A stretch of 64,000 nt of DNA from an uncultured delta proteobacterium (GCA_963789265.1 CAWBKB010000001.1:480001-544000), one strand, 5' to 3'. Shown: positions 53,521-63,340, numbered from the stretch's first letter. Program-made: numbers and translations. Notes: generated from the letters alone by a model not told the origin.

Positions 53521-54601
53521 CAACTGCCTCGAAAAATTCCTTGTACCCTTCACACCAGATAGTCTTTCGCAGCCGCCCGGAAGCTGCCGCGCAGCCCCCG
53601 GCGCAATATTTCCACCAATTACAGGAACCGCACTCGTTTTGCGTGATCAACTTTCTCCTTTGGGAACGCCAAAACGCGTCGGGGTGAGATAGTAACTTGT
53701 CAAGCGGCTCAGAGGTTATGTTGCCGATTTTACCGGACGCGATGTCGAGGAGTCTCACGCACGGATAAACGTCACCTTCCGGCGAGATAGCCAAAGTAGG
53801 CTCGCAACAGTTCAGAGACTCAGAGTACGTCCGAGTGGAATCAGAGTCAACTGACGAAATTTCTTCCCAATTTACGAACGGTTCGACGGGCAACGAACTA
53901 TCGTCCCCTTTCCATGCGCGGTGAACTTCTCTGAGAAAAAGCCCCCAGGATCGCGGGTCCAGACGGGCACCTTCGAACGTATTCGCGGGCTCTTCAAGAG
54001 GTATAAGAGTTAGGCTATCCACTCCCAGGTTCTTGAAATAGTAATAGATTTCCTTGCCACGGTCTATTGATCGACCGTGCACAACATACACCATTCCAAC
54101 GTGAAATCCGCGACTTCTGACAATCTCGAAGCCCTCATACCAACGTTTCAGATAAGAGTCCCCGTTCTTGAGCCTCCTATAGTCCTGGAACGGATCAAGA
54201 GAAGTCCCGATCCCGCCTCCATTCAGAAGCTCGGCCAGAGTGTCTGCAAGCCCTTCTGTTGCCAACGTCAAATTGGACTGCATTATGTGCATCGGGCTGT
54301 TCTTGAGGATCGTTCGGTTTAGCTCCAAGACCTTCTTGTAAAAGGGCTCGCCCATCAGCATGGGTTCTCCCCCATGCCATAGGATTGTCATGTGACAGCC
54401 CGGATTTCCTTCCATGTAATTCGCGAGATTTCGGAACGTGCATTCAACGAGGGCGGGATCGGCGATTTTCGGCCTTTCTGCGACATTGCAGTAAGCGCAC
54501 TTCCCGTTGCATTGGAGAGTCGGTTTGATAACAACTTCAATGCACTTGGGCGCTTCACAGTTATTTTCAGAGGTATATGCCATAGTCAGTGGAGCCGCCA
54601 A
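53513..54601 (-). CDS. Radical SAM/SPASM peptide maturase
   Basis: KPTLQCNGKCAYC, WHGGEP, QSNL, SLD, ISPEGDVYPC, CGSCNWWKYCAGGC...C. Confidence 0.92.
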   Translation of the reverse strand: MAAPLTMAYTSENNCEAPKCIEVVIKPTLQCNGKCAYCNVAERPKIADPALVECTFRNLANYMEGNPGCHMTILWHGGEPMLMGEPFYKKVLELNRTILKNSPMHIMQSNLTLATEGLADTLAELLNGGGIGTSLDPFQDYRRLKNGDSYLKRWYEGFEIVRSRGFHVGMVYVVHGRSIDRGKEIYYYFKNLGVDSLTLIPLEEPANTFEGARLDPRSWGLFLREVHRAWKGDDSSLPVEPFVNWEEISSVDSDSTRTYSESLNCCEPTLAISPEGDVYPCVRLLDIASGKIGNITSEPLDKLLSHPDAFWRSQRRKLITQNECGSCNWWKYCAGGCAAASGRLRKTIWCEGYKEFFEAVDA

Positions 54602-54758
54602 TTTGACGCTATTTCCTCAACGGGGCCGGCGGCGGAGATGATCGGCATGAGGTCGGTGCAGTACAATCCTTATAGACTGAACCCTGCCCTGGTTACCTGG
54701 GCACAGGGCAAACAAGAAAGGGATGGACCGGCCCGAGGGCCACTAGCGCAATTTCCGC

Positions 54759-54792
54759 TCCTCTCCTGATTCGCGGGCAAATCAGGAGAGGA
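54759..54792 (-). terminator. 13-bp stem-loop between precursor and maturase genes
   Basis: tcctctcctgatt-cgcgggca-aatcaggagagga; no U tract. Confidence 0.55.
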
Positions 54793-54833
54793 AGCATGCT
54801 GTCGCTGGTCGTGAGCCTGCAACCCCCACCAGA

Positions 54834-55187
54834 CTACCAATTACCCCACACACGGCGGTGCCGCCGCCGCCAGGGCCTGTTGCCCCACACACGGCAGCCG
54901 CCGTTACCCCACACGCGGCATCCATACCACCGCCTACCGCCGTTACCCCACACTCGGCAGCGCAAGAACTGAGATTCCATGGACTCGTCGTTTGTCCCCT
55001 CCTGGTCTGGGAGACCTTCGCGGGTCGCACCCGGTTCCAACGATTCCCTCGGTCCTTCGTCGGAGCCGGATGCTTCGGAAATCCCCAGGACAGCAGTGGC
55101 CACCACTATCGACGACCATTTGCCGAGACTCGTGAGAAATGATCTCCTGCTTAGAGTCTCGTCGTCTTTCTTGTTCTTGTCGTCCAT
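54834..55187 (-). CDS. Putative RiPP precursor (twin-arginine leader; core with CRVWGN x3 and RRVWGNW)
   Basis: Strong RBS ggagga; SRRSFL followed by a hydrophobic stretch; acidic spacer; Arg/Gly/Trp core; directly upstream of the rSAM genes. Confidence 0.88.
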   Translation of the reverse strand: MDDKNKKDDETLSRRSFLTSLGKWSSIVVATAVLGISEASGSDEGPRESLEPGATREGLPDQEGTNDESMESQFLRCRVWGNGGRRWYGCRVWGNGGCRVWGNRPWRRRHRRVWGNW

Positions 55188-55348
55188 TTTATCTCCTCCA
55201 AACGAAACCAAAACAATCGGTTAATCTGAATGAATTTTCCTGTGCGCACATCGGCCGGTCCTGGAAACACCCGGCCCACTCAATCACTAATTCTCCAACC
55301 CAAGAGCAACTTCGTGCAAGGCCGTTCACCCTTAAAAGAAGCCCCTGG

Positions 55349-55834
55349 CTATTTCCCCGGTGGAGGCGGTTGCTCGGGGAACGAGAAATGGGACTGAATC
55401 AGGAGCCATTTGCCGTCCTTCTTCTCAAGCACTCCCGACCATAGACCCATTTGCTGAAACTTGTCTTCCCCGGTATCGACGTCGAACAACACCTCGGTGG
55501 CAAACCACCCCACGTCATCCTTAGACCCGACCGACGTCCATTTGTACTGTCCCTTTACCGATTTTACTTCCTTTAGACTGCCCTCATAAGCCGCTCTGAC
55601 CTGGTCCGTGCCTACGTAGCGCCCTTTTTCGTCGGCTTCAAAGAAAACCACGTTAGCTTCTGGCGCAATCATCTTCATTATTGCGTTCACGTCCTTCTTC
55701 GAATAGGCCGCTTGAAATTGAGCGAGGAAGTTTTTGATCTCTTGGTCGGTCTTGGAATCTGCCGTTGCGACTGTCGTCGCCCCGATTGTAATTGCCGTCG
55801 CGATACTCAGCACCAGTAGAATTGCACTTCGCAT
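55349..55834 (-). CDS. Exported NTF2/SnoaL-like protein
   Basis: Signal peptide; AYSKKDV.AI, VLEKKDGKWLLIQSHFSFP. Confidence 0.82.
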   Translation of the reverse strand: MRSAILLVLSIATAITIGATTVATADSKTDQEIKNFLAQFQAAYSKKDVNAIMKMIAPEANVVFFEADEKGRYVGTDQVRAAYEGSLKEVKSVKGQYKWTSVGSKDDVGWFATEVLFDVDTGEDKFQQMGLWSGVLEKKDGKWLLIQSHFSFPEQPPPPGK

Positions 55835-56208
55835 AATTGCCTGCCCCTTAATTTCGTGAAACGCAGCGAAAAACTTCTATCATTATGCAGAACAACCATA
55901 CTAGTTCTTTTGTAGATTGCCGGGAAGGTATCTGTCAAGAAGAATCAGTCCGTGAGTGTGACGGGAGCCGGCAGGAGCAGCTCATGGCAGGACGTGTCCT
56001 CTCCCGACAATTTCGAGTTCCGCGCGGGGCCGGACTACTATCGAACGTCCCTCCGGGAGGCTTGGTATGTAAGCCCCATGGAGGCGATTGAAAAATGGCC
56101 GGTGCCTCAGCGCCGGCTGACACCCTTGAATCCTTCGGCACGTGGCCGCATCTAATTTAAATGCAATGACAAATTGAGCTTTAAGAGATTTGATCTGGAG
56201 AATGAAGC

Positions 56209-56856
56209 ATGGAAATTAATCGAAAACTGAGCATATTATTGGTCCTGGTGGCCGTATCATTCGCCGTGACCACAGTATCGGTTTTGCCTGCGTGGGCGGC
56301 CACCGGCAAGTCCAAACAGGCCTCTGTAAAGGCCAAGAAACGGCATTTGTCCTACAGGGCGAGGCGGATAAAAAAAGTCAACGGCTCCTATATTCCGCAA
56401 GCGCAGCCGCGAACCGTTGCGAGTGCTCCTGCCACGGTCTGTTATGGAAGTTGGCAGCAATCCTTGTATGGGCCGGTCTATACATCATGGTGCCAAGCAG
56501 CAACCGCTTCCAGTCAAGGCTCCGGACAGGCTGAAGGCTGGGCCGCACCGGCACGATCGTCCGGGAGACAAAGCGGGGCAGCACCCCCGGCCGGTGGATA
56601 CGCTCCCCCACCCCAGCAGGTAAATGTCATTAGCCCGCCAGCAAGCGTCTGTTACAGCGGTTGCGTTCCTTATTGGACCGGTCAGGTTTACTCATCGTGG
56701 TGTCAGCCGGCCACCGCCTACAACGCTAACTCCGAACAAACAACTAACTGGGCAGTCCCGGCTCAAACGTACAGAACTCAGAGCTATGCGGCCCCTCAGG
56801 CCGGTCAACCCGGTACTGTCTGCAATGTTGGCAGTTGGCTGCCTTGTTGGTGGTAG
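56209..56856 (+). CDS. Secreted Cys/Trp repeat protein
   Basis: RBS ggag, signal peptide, duplicated VCY...VY.SWCQ.ATA...WA.PA unit. Confidence 0.72.
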   Translation: MEINRKLSILLVLVAVSFAVTTVSVLPAWAATGKSKQASVKAKKRHLSYRARRIKKVNGSYIPQAQPRTVASAPATVCYGSWQQSLYGPVYTSWCQAATASSQGSGQAEGWAAPARSSGRQSGAAPPAGGYAPPPQQVNVISPPASVCYSGCVPYWTGQVYSSWCQPATAYNANSEQTTNWAVPAQTYRTQSYAAPQAGQPGTVCNVGSWLPCWW

Positions 56857-57160
56857 ACATTGCGGTCAGGTCTTGATTCTTGACCTCGTCTTTTCGCGCT
56901 GCACTGACTTGCTCACTGTTGAGTAGAGGAGTTGAACCTGCGCGGCGACCTCCGTGAGGCAAAATGCAAGACTTGTCCCCAGCCGAAACTCGTTGGTCTA
57001 GATCGTGGAGGCCACGAAGTCCGGAAGCTGATCGACGCGCTTTGACCAGGGTTTTACAGTCTGTAGGGACCGCGAAAGGTTGATTGGGAAGAATATGACA
57101 TGTCGTTGATATGAACGATTTCCCTGGATTATAGAAGAAGCGGGAACTTCTTATGCCCAA

Positions 57161-57373
57161 TCAGTTCCCCTCTTTCTTGTCTTCCTTGTCTTTGCTTACA
57201 AGAGCGACAACAGCCCCAACCGCTACAGCTGCAACTGTTAAAGGTACAGCTACCGTTGCAGCAGCAGCAGCCACAGCAGACCCCGCAGCCGCTAAGCCCG
57301 CCGTAGCGGCACCTGAAACAATAGCCCATCCTCCCATATGACGTGCGAAGCGTCCCAGCCCCTTGAGTCCCAT
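57161..57373 (-). CDS. Small Gly/Ala-rich hydrophobic peptide
   Basis: RBS ggaggg; 70 aa; long uncharged core between a basic N-terminus and a charged tail. Confidence 0.65.
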   Translation of the reverse strand: MGLKGLGRFARHMGGWAIVSGAATAGLAAAGSAVAAAAATVAVPLTVAAVAVGAVVALVSKDKEDKKEGN

Positions 57374-57648
57374 GGTTTCCCCCTCCAATGAAACTTTGTG
57401 GTCAAATAAGCCCTATTATTCAATTATACTATTTGCCTCCGTGCCATGTCATTATGTTTCTTCTCTACCAAAACTATACGATTTCTTCTGAAAACTGAGC
57501 AGTGCATGGGGTCAGACCTTGTTTCTTGACATCTTCTTTTCGCGCCGCCCAACCTACTCCCCGTGGGGCAACGGAGTCCAAGCTGCGCGGCAATCTTTCT
57601 GCTGCAACAAGCAATCTGACCCCATCTGTTTAGGTGTGGTTGCCGCTT

Positions 57649-58116
57649 CTAGTCGATTTGTTCCACCAAATAGTTTTGGATTCCCATTTGTGAGATCTGG
57701 TCCTGTTGAGCTTCAAGCCAGTCGATATGGCCTTCCTCTTCTTGCAGAATGTGCTCGAGCAATTCCTTTGTACCGCCGTCTGCGAGCTCGGCCGAAAGCT
57801 TGATCCCGTCGTTGTATGACTGAATGGCATCATATTCGGACTGCCAATCGTTCTTGTGCTGTGTTTCAACTTCTGCACCGATATGTATTTCTTTTAGTTT
57901 ACTGACAACAGGGCGTCCTTCAAGAAAAAGGATGCGTGCGATCAGCTTTTCCGCGTGTTTCATCTCGTCGATTGCACGTTTTTCGTCTGCCTTGTGGAGG
58001 CGTTCGTATTGCCAATTGTCACACATCTCAGCATGAACCATGTACTGATTGATTGCCGTCAATTCGTCCGCGAGTAGATCGTTGAGCTTTTCGATAATTC
58101 TTTCATTCCCTTTCAT
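57649..58116 (-). CDS. bfr: Bacterioferritin
   Basis: MKG...LN.LLADELTAINQY..H, DEMKHA..LI.RILFLEG, EEGHIDWLE, G.QNYL. Confidence 0.95.
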   Translation of the reverse strand: MKGNERIIEKLNDLLADELTAINQYMVHAEMCDNWQYERLHKADEKRAIDEMKHAEKLIARILFLEGRPVVSKLKEIHIGAEVETQHKNDWQSEYDAIQSYNDGIKLSAELADGGTKELLEHILQEEEGHIDWLEAQQDQISQMGIQNYLVEQID

Positions 58117-58671
58117 TTCGGCCCCTTTCTGTAATTTTAGTTGGGCTTGCTCCCCCGAAAATTGAGTTTTTCGCCCCGATCTCAGGCTACCTCACCGTAG
58201 TGCCGCCAGTCAATGATCTTTGGCTATTGCCCTTGAGATAGTATTTCAACGCGGAGAATGCGGAGAACGCGGAGAATTCTCCTTTTTGCGGACGCCTGCC
58301 GATCCGGCACGGCGCATTCCGGTCTGTCTCAGTGACGGCAAGACCGAGCCGACTGAATCCGCCGGTTACTCATATAAAGCTCGAACGAGTTGGCTTTCGT
58401 CTCTGCGTTCTCCGCTCCCTCAGCGGTAGATCCTGATCGGCCGCTGAACGGATGCGTTCCGTCCGAAACTTTTGTGGGAACATCTCCGGCATTCGGGTTT
58501 CTTACATTGCTAAATGCACGGACCCGTTGATTGATACGATGGTGAAAAAAGAAAGGGCGTTCCGAACCAATACACTTGGGAATGTCCGATATCGCGACAC
58601 TCACTTGAACGTGCACCGGCATCAAAGTGGATCCACGGCTCCGGAATAAATTACGCCGCGGAGGAAAGACT

Positions 58672-58992
58672 ATGAGAGGAACAGGAGAATTGATAATGCA
58701 GCCGCAAAGGGGAAGCTCTGATATGTCTACTTTTCGAAGGTCCAGCGCAGACTATGAACAGAGATTGAGCCAGTGGGGATGCCCGAATTGTGATTTCTTC
58801 GAGCAAAGGATTTTCAGAAGGCGCCGGTCTTCGCGTGAAAGCGACGCTTACGCGATTTGTCGGTGTTCCGGGGAGCCGGTCGACCTAATTTGGGAAGCTA
58901 CCGTGTGCCCTAAGAGCGCCGATTCCGAAAGAAGTGGACATCGTAGCCGATTCAGCCGCGTCCGACGGCGAGACCGCAGAGACGCAGCCTGA
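58672..58992 (+). CDS. Small Cys/Arg-rich hypothetical protein (start uncertain)
   Basis: CPNC...CRC...CP; RBS ggagg. Confidence 0.45.
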   Translation: MRGTGELIMQPQRGSSDMSTFRRSSADYEQRLSQWGCPNCDFFEQRIFRRRRSSRESDAYAICRCSGEPVDLIWEATVCPKSADSERSGHRSRFSRVRRRDRRDAA

Positions 58993-59037
58993 CACGCGAC
59001 GGTGAGGCTTGGAGCCTGCACAAGGAGGCTGAACCCC

Positions 59038-59280
59038 CTATAAGGAGCCCGGCTCGGTCCATCGGAACACGACTAGTCCTTCTTTGTCTCTAAAGGACCC
59101 GATTATGATGAGGATCAGGTCGATAAGTGCCCAGATCGTAAATCCTCCGAAAGTTACAAGCATCAAAATTCCGGTTCCGATTTTACCTACGTAGAATCTG
59201 TGAACCCCAAATACTCCGAAGAGCAGGCACAGTATCATGGCCACGAGCCTGGACTTGGGCGAAATGACTGAGTTATCCAT
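59038..59280 (-). CDS. TM2 domain membrane protein
   Basis: KSRLVA.ILC..FG.FGVHRFYVGKIGTG.L.L.T.GG..IW..IDL. Confidence 0.92.
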   Translation of the reverse strand: MDNSVISPKSRLVAMILCLLFGVFGVHRFYVGKIGTGILMLVTFGGFTIWALIDLILIIIGSFRDKEGLVVFRWTEPGSL

Positions 59281-59690
59281 GTTTCCGACCTCTTTTCTTT
59301 GACTATTCCCCATATGGGCAACTCTTAACCTATAAAGCGTTCACGGGGTCTTAGGCTTGGCGGTCAGGGACACCAGCCTGAGGAGCATAGGCTTCAGTGG
59401 AGCGGTCCCGCGCTGAACGTGGGATTGTCCGCCATCTGAGGGACACCAGCCCCACCGGGATCATAGCACAGGTCCCGCGCGATACGGCATGGCGGTCACT
59501 CACTATGTACGCTTCTCAATTCCGAAGATCAGTTGTTGATAACCTTCTCTCAAGAGCCAATCTAACGATTATTTAATCCTCTGTTAATGTAAATCCAACC
59601 GGACAACCATAAACTGCATCGGACCACTTTGCGCGTCAAAAGCCGAGACGACAAGATAAAGTGGCGTTGTTGAGGCAATGCGGAGGAACA

Positions 59691-61955
59691 ATGTGCGGTC
59701 TAAGGCGACCCTTCGGGCTAGAGTTTGCAACCCCTATGAAAGTTCTGACCCTGGCATTGGTATTGGGTCTAGCCATACTGCCGGTGCTGGGCTCCATTGT
59801 ATGGAGCATGTATGATTCTATGTCAAGAATGGGGACCGAAGAACTCCATCTTCAACGGCTTGCCGGAACGATCGCCCACCTTAATGAAGCCCTCACCATG
59901 TATGCAAGACTGGCAGCCGCCACCGGAGATCCAAAATGGGAGAAGCATTATCGGGCTGTGGAACCCGAACTCGACGATGCCATTGTGCAAGTGGCCATGC
60001 GTGCACGCCGGCAGTATGAGAAGACTTACGTTGCCCAGACAAAGCTCGCATATACAAAATTGATAGAAATGGAATCCGTGGCCTTGGCCCTTGTCCGCCG
60101 AGGCCGGCACCAAGAAGCTTCAGAACTCCTTTTTAGCCCGCAATATGACCGGCAGAAAGCACTGTATTCTCAAGGGATCAAGAAGATGACCGAAGCGGTC
60201 CGCAAACGGATTGCAAAAGAAATTGCATCGTTCCGTAAACGCATCTGGCTGATGGGTTTGCTGGGAGCCGCCCTTCTTATAGGTCTCCTTGCAGCTTGGC
60301 TGGGCGCTTACCTGGTTGTTAACAGGCACCTTGCATCGCGCAGACAATCCGAAGACGCATTAGCCGCAGAGAAGGAGCGTCTCGCCGTCACATTACGTTC
60401 GATCGGCGAAGGAGTGATTACCACAGATACCGCAGGGCGAGTTACCTTAATGAATCGTGTGGCGGAAGAACTCACCGGTTGGCATCAGGAGGCGGCTACA
60501 GGCAAAGCATTAGATGAGGTATTCGTGACGCTGGACCCCAAGACAGGAGAGCGGATCCAAAATCCTGTGAAAGACGTCCTCAAACAAGGCTCAGCCTGCG
60601 AACTCCCCAACGAGGCCCGCCTGACTTCCAAAGACGGCGTCGAACGGACGGTAGCCTGTAGTGGGGCGCCTATACGGGATAAACAGAGCGCGGTCGTTGG
60701 TGTCGTTATTGTTTTTAGGGACACCACCGAACAGCAATACATGCTCAAAGAAGCATTGAAGGCAGAAAAGCTGGAATCCGTTGGGATATTGGCCGGCGGA
60801 ATAGCCCACGACTTCAACAACATTTTGACCGCGGTTCTGGGCAATCTTTCTCTAGCCAAAGAGCAGGTAGATCCGCGGAGCGAGGTGTTTCAGAGATTGT
60901 CTCATGCCGAAAAGGCCTCCATGAAGGCCAAGGGCCTCACCCACCAACTCCTGGCCTTTTCCAAAGGGGGGGCTCCGATCAAGAAGGCCGCTTCTATTCG
61001 TGAACTCCTGATGGAGTGGTCGAGTTTCGCGTTGAAGGGTTCAAACGTGACATGTGAGTTCAGCATTCAAGACGATCTTTGGCACACGAAAATAGACGAG
61101 GGCCAGGTCGGCCAAGTCATTCACAATCTTGTCATCAACGCCGATCAGGCAATGCCCGACGGAGGAACCATCCGGATATCGGCTGAAAACATCATGTTGA
61201 GTCCTGGCGAGAGCCTTCCGCTCAATCCGGGACAATATATAAAAATATCTGTCGCAGACCAAGGTGTTGGAGTGGAGCCGGAGCATCTACAGAAGATATT
61301 TGATCCTTATTTCACAACGAAGCGGGAGGGGAGCGGCCTCGGCCTCGCCACCTCTTATGCCATAATAAAGGGACATGAAGGCCATATTACAGTAGATTCA
61401 AGCCCGGGTCTCGGTACGACGTTCAGCATATTCCTGCCCGCATCCGAAAGTCATACATTGGCGAGAGTCGAATGCGCCGGTTCTTTTCAAAAAGGCCAAG
61501 GAAAAGTGCTCGTTATGGACGACGAACAGGTAATTCGACAGCTCACAAGTGAGATGCTTACTAACCTGGGGTACCAGGTCTGCATCGCAAAGGACGGCTC
61601 TGAGGCCCTGAGCGTCTTCGAGCGCTTCAAGAAACGTGGCGATCCGTTTGACGCGGTAATCATGGACTTGACCATTCGTGGGGGCATGGGAGGCAAAGAA
61701 GCAATAACGAAATTGCTTGACCTGGATCCTGAAGTCAAAGCGATAGTTTCCAGCGGTTACTCCAATGATCCCATCATGTCGGACTTCAGAAGATACGGCT
61801 TTGCTGGAGTGCTTGCCAAACCGTATACCGCCACTGAGATGAGCAGAGTGCTGTATACGCTCATAAGCGAGAAGAATAGCAGGCATCGTGGCAGCCCGGA
61901 TGGGTCCGTGAGCGGGACCTATAGGAGCCTATCGGTAATGGCAAAGAAGATGTGA
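59691..61955 (+). CDS. Membrane-bound hybrid sensor histidine kinase (periplasmic sensor, PAS, HK, receiver)
   Basis: Two TM segments, TLRSIGEGVITTD, AGGIAHDFNN, GSGLGL, MDLTI.GG. Confidence 0.93.
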   Translation: MCGLRRPFGLEFATPMKVLTLALVLGLAILPVLGSIVWSMYDSMSRMGTEELHLQRLAGTIAHLNEALTMYARLAAATGDPKWEKHYRAVEPELDDAIVQVAMRARRQYEKTYVAQTKLAYTKLIEMESVALALVRRGRHQEASELLFSPQYDRQKALYSQGIKKMTEAVRKRIAKEIASFRKRIWLMGLLGAALLIGLLAAWLGAYLVVNRHLASRRQSEDALAAEKERLAVTLRSIGEGVITTDTAGRVTLMNRVAEELTGWHQEAATGKALDEVFVTLDPKTGERIQNPVKDVLKQGSACELPNEARLTSKDGVERTVACSGAPIRDKQSAVVGVVIVFRDTTEQQYMLKEALKAEKLESVGILAGGIAHDFNNILTAVLGNLSLAKEQVDPRSEVFQRLSHAEKASMKAKGLTHQLLAFSKGGAPIKKAASIRELLMEWSSFALKGSNVTCEFSIQDDLWHTKIDEGQVGQVIHNLVINADQAMPDGGTIRISAENIMLSPGESLPLNPGQYIKISVADQGVGVEPEHLQKIFDPYFTTKREGSGLGLATSYAIIKGHEGHITVDSSPGLGTTFSIFLPASESHTLARVECAGSFQKGQGKVLVMDDEQVIRQLTSEMLTNLGYQVCIAKDGSEALSVFERFKKRGDPFDAVIMDLTIRGGMGGKEAITKLLDLDPEVKAIVSSGYSNDPIMSDFRRYGFAGVLAKPYTATEMSRVLYTLISEKNSRHRGSPDGSVSGTYRSLSVMAKKM

Positions 61956-62310
61956 CATGCACCACGCCGACGCGAATACCATTAGAGGAAGACTTACCAA
62001 AGAGTGCGCCGAGAACACGGAGAAAAAAGATAGTTTATCCAGCGTCATGTGAGACAGCGGCGCGTATGTTCACGTTGGAATTGGCTCCACAGTCACATAC
62101 TGGAATTTGCTTTGCTCCATCGGCCGTGCCTGCACCGAAAACAGACTTGTCAGCGATCTCTGTGTTCTTCGTGGTGGATTGTTGCCATTTAGGTGATTGC
62201 TGTACACGCGGTCTGAGAGGATTTGTCGGCTTTCATAGGCATTCACGTTCAGACTTATAAGAAAATCCCCTCTATAGCCGTTGCCAAGAGTAATGACCTG
62301 TTCACCACCC

Positions 62311-62393
62311 GTCACCCCGGCGAAGGCCGGGGTCCAGTCCCGCGAGGAACGCGGGATTGAAAAGACTGGATTCCGGCCTCCGCCGGAATGACG
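62311..62393. repeat. REP-like inverted doublet
   Basis: gtcaccccggcgaaggccggggtccagtc ... gactggattccggcctccgccggaatgac. Confidence 0.7.
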
Positions 62394-62619
62394 GTGTCAG
62401 GCTACTTCTAATCGGACAAAACTTTTGGCAATGGGTATAAGCTCCTTCCTTGATAAAGATAGTGATAGGGGGATTTCAGATACGAATTAGCGTTAGCCGC
62501 TTCCGCAGTGATGGAAAAACCTTGATCAAGGAGCCCAAGGCCACTAAGATGAGACTGTAGCCGCAAATTATGGGGGATTTTGTGTAATTTAACTACCACA
62601 CATCCTGAGGAGGACAATC

Positions 62620-63201
62620 ATGGGAGCCAAGAAGATTTTGATGCTCGTCGGGGATTACGTCGAGGATTACGAGGTCATGGTGCCGTTTCAGGCCTTACTA
62701 ATGGTGGGGCATACGGTTCACGCAGTTTGCCCTGACAAAAAAGCCGGCGATGCCGTGCGAACCGCAATTCACGATTTTGAAGGGGACCAGACTTACAGCG
62801 AGAAGCGAGGTCACAATTTCGCCTTGAATGCGACTTTCTCGGAAATAAAGGCCGAGGATTACGATGCCCTGGTGATTCCGGGCGGTCGAGCCCCGGAATA
62901 CATCAGATTGAACGAAGCGGTGCTCGAGGCAGTTCGCCATTTTGCCGAGAAAAACAAACCTATAGCTGCCATCTGCCACGGCGCCCAGGTTCTGGCCGCG
63001 GCCGGCGCGGTAGGGGGTAAATCTTGCTCGGCCTATCCGGCGGTAGGTCCCGACGTAAATAGCGCGGGCGGGAAATGGGTTAATATTCCAATGGATAAGG
63101 CATACGTGGATGGAAACCTCGTGAGTGCGCCTGCCTGGCCGGCACACCCGGATTGGCTGGCCAAGTTTCTCCAGGTGCTTGGGACGAAGATTGAGCCGTA
63201 G
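62620..63201 (+). CDS. DJ-1/PfpI family protein
   Basis: [38 protein letters not shown]. Confidence 0.93.
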   Translation: MGAKKILMLVGDYVEDYEVMVPFQALLMVGHTVHAVCPDKKAGDAVRTAIHDFEGDQTYSEKRGHNFALNATFSEIKAEDYDALVIPGGRAPEYIRLNEAVLEAVRHFAEKNKPIAAICHGAQVLAAAGAVGGKSCSAYPAVGPDVNSAGGKWVNIPMDKAYVDGNLVSAPAWPAHPDWLAKFLQVLGTKIEP

Positions 63202-63340
63202 CAGAGGTCAGCGGACCGCCCGGCAATCAAGCCCGCGGGTCTGTGGGGGATCACCGTCCCGCGAGCCGTGGGACCGCCCTGGGCGAAGGCCATCCGCCCC
63301 TACATACCGTCAATTGGCCAACTTGACGGACCGGTCATCC

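Noticed and set aside
50599..54601. Anaerobic sulfatase maturases (anSME)
   Set aside because: The SPASM pattern is similar, but no sulfatase is nearby and a repeat-core peptide gene lies directly upstream.
54834..54860. Darobactin-type core from the terminal WGNW
   Set aside because: Does not match the WNWxKxF heptapeptide, and no dar transporter genes are present.
54782..55224. Alternative-frame ORFs over the precursor (e.g. CGVTA repeats, 54782-55030)
   Set aside because: Repeat variation is mostly synonymous in the VWGN frame, which also has the strong RBS and leader; the others are shadows.
55305..55325. Sigma54 promoter upstream of the precursor (ttgcacgaagttgc, minus strand)
   Set aside because: Lacks the conserved GG and the -24/-12 spacing is one base short.
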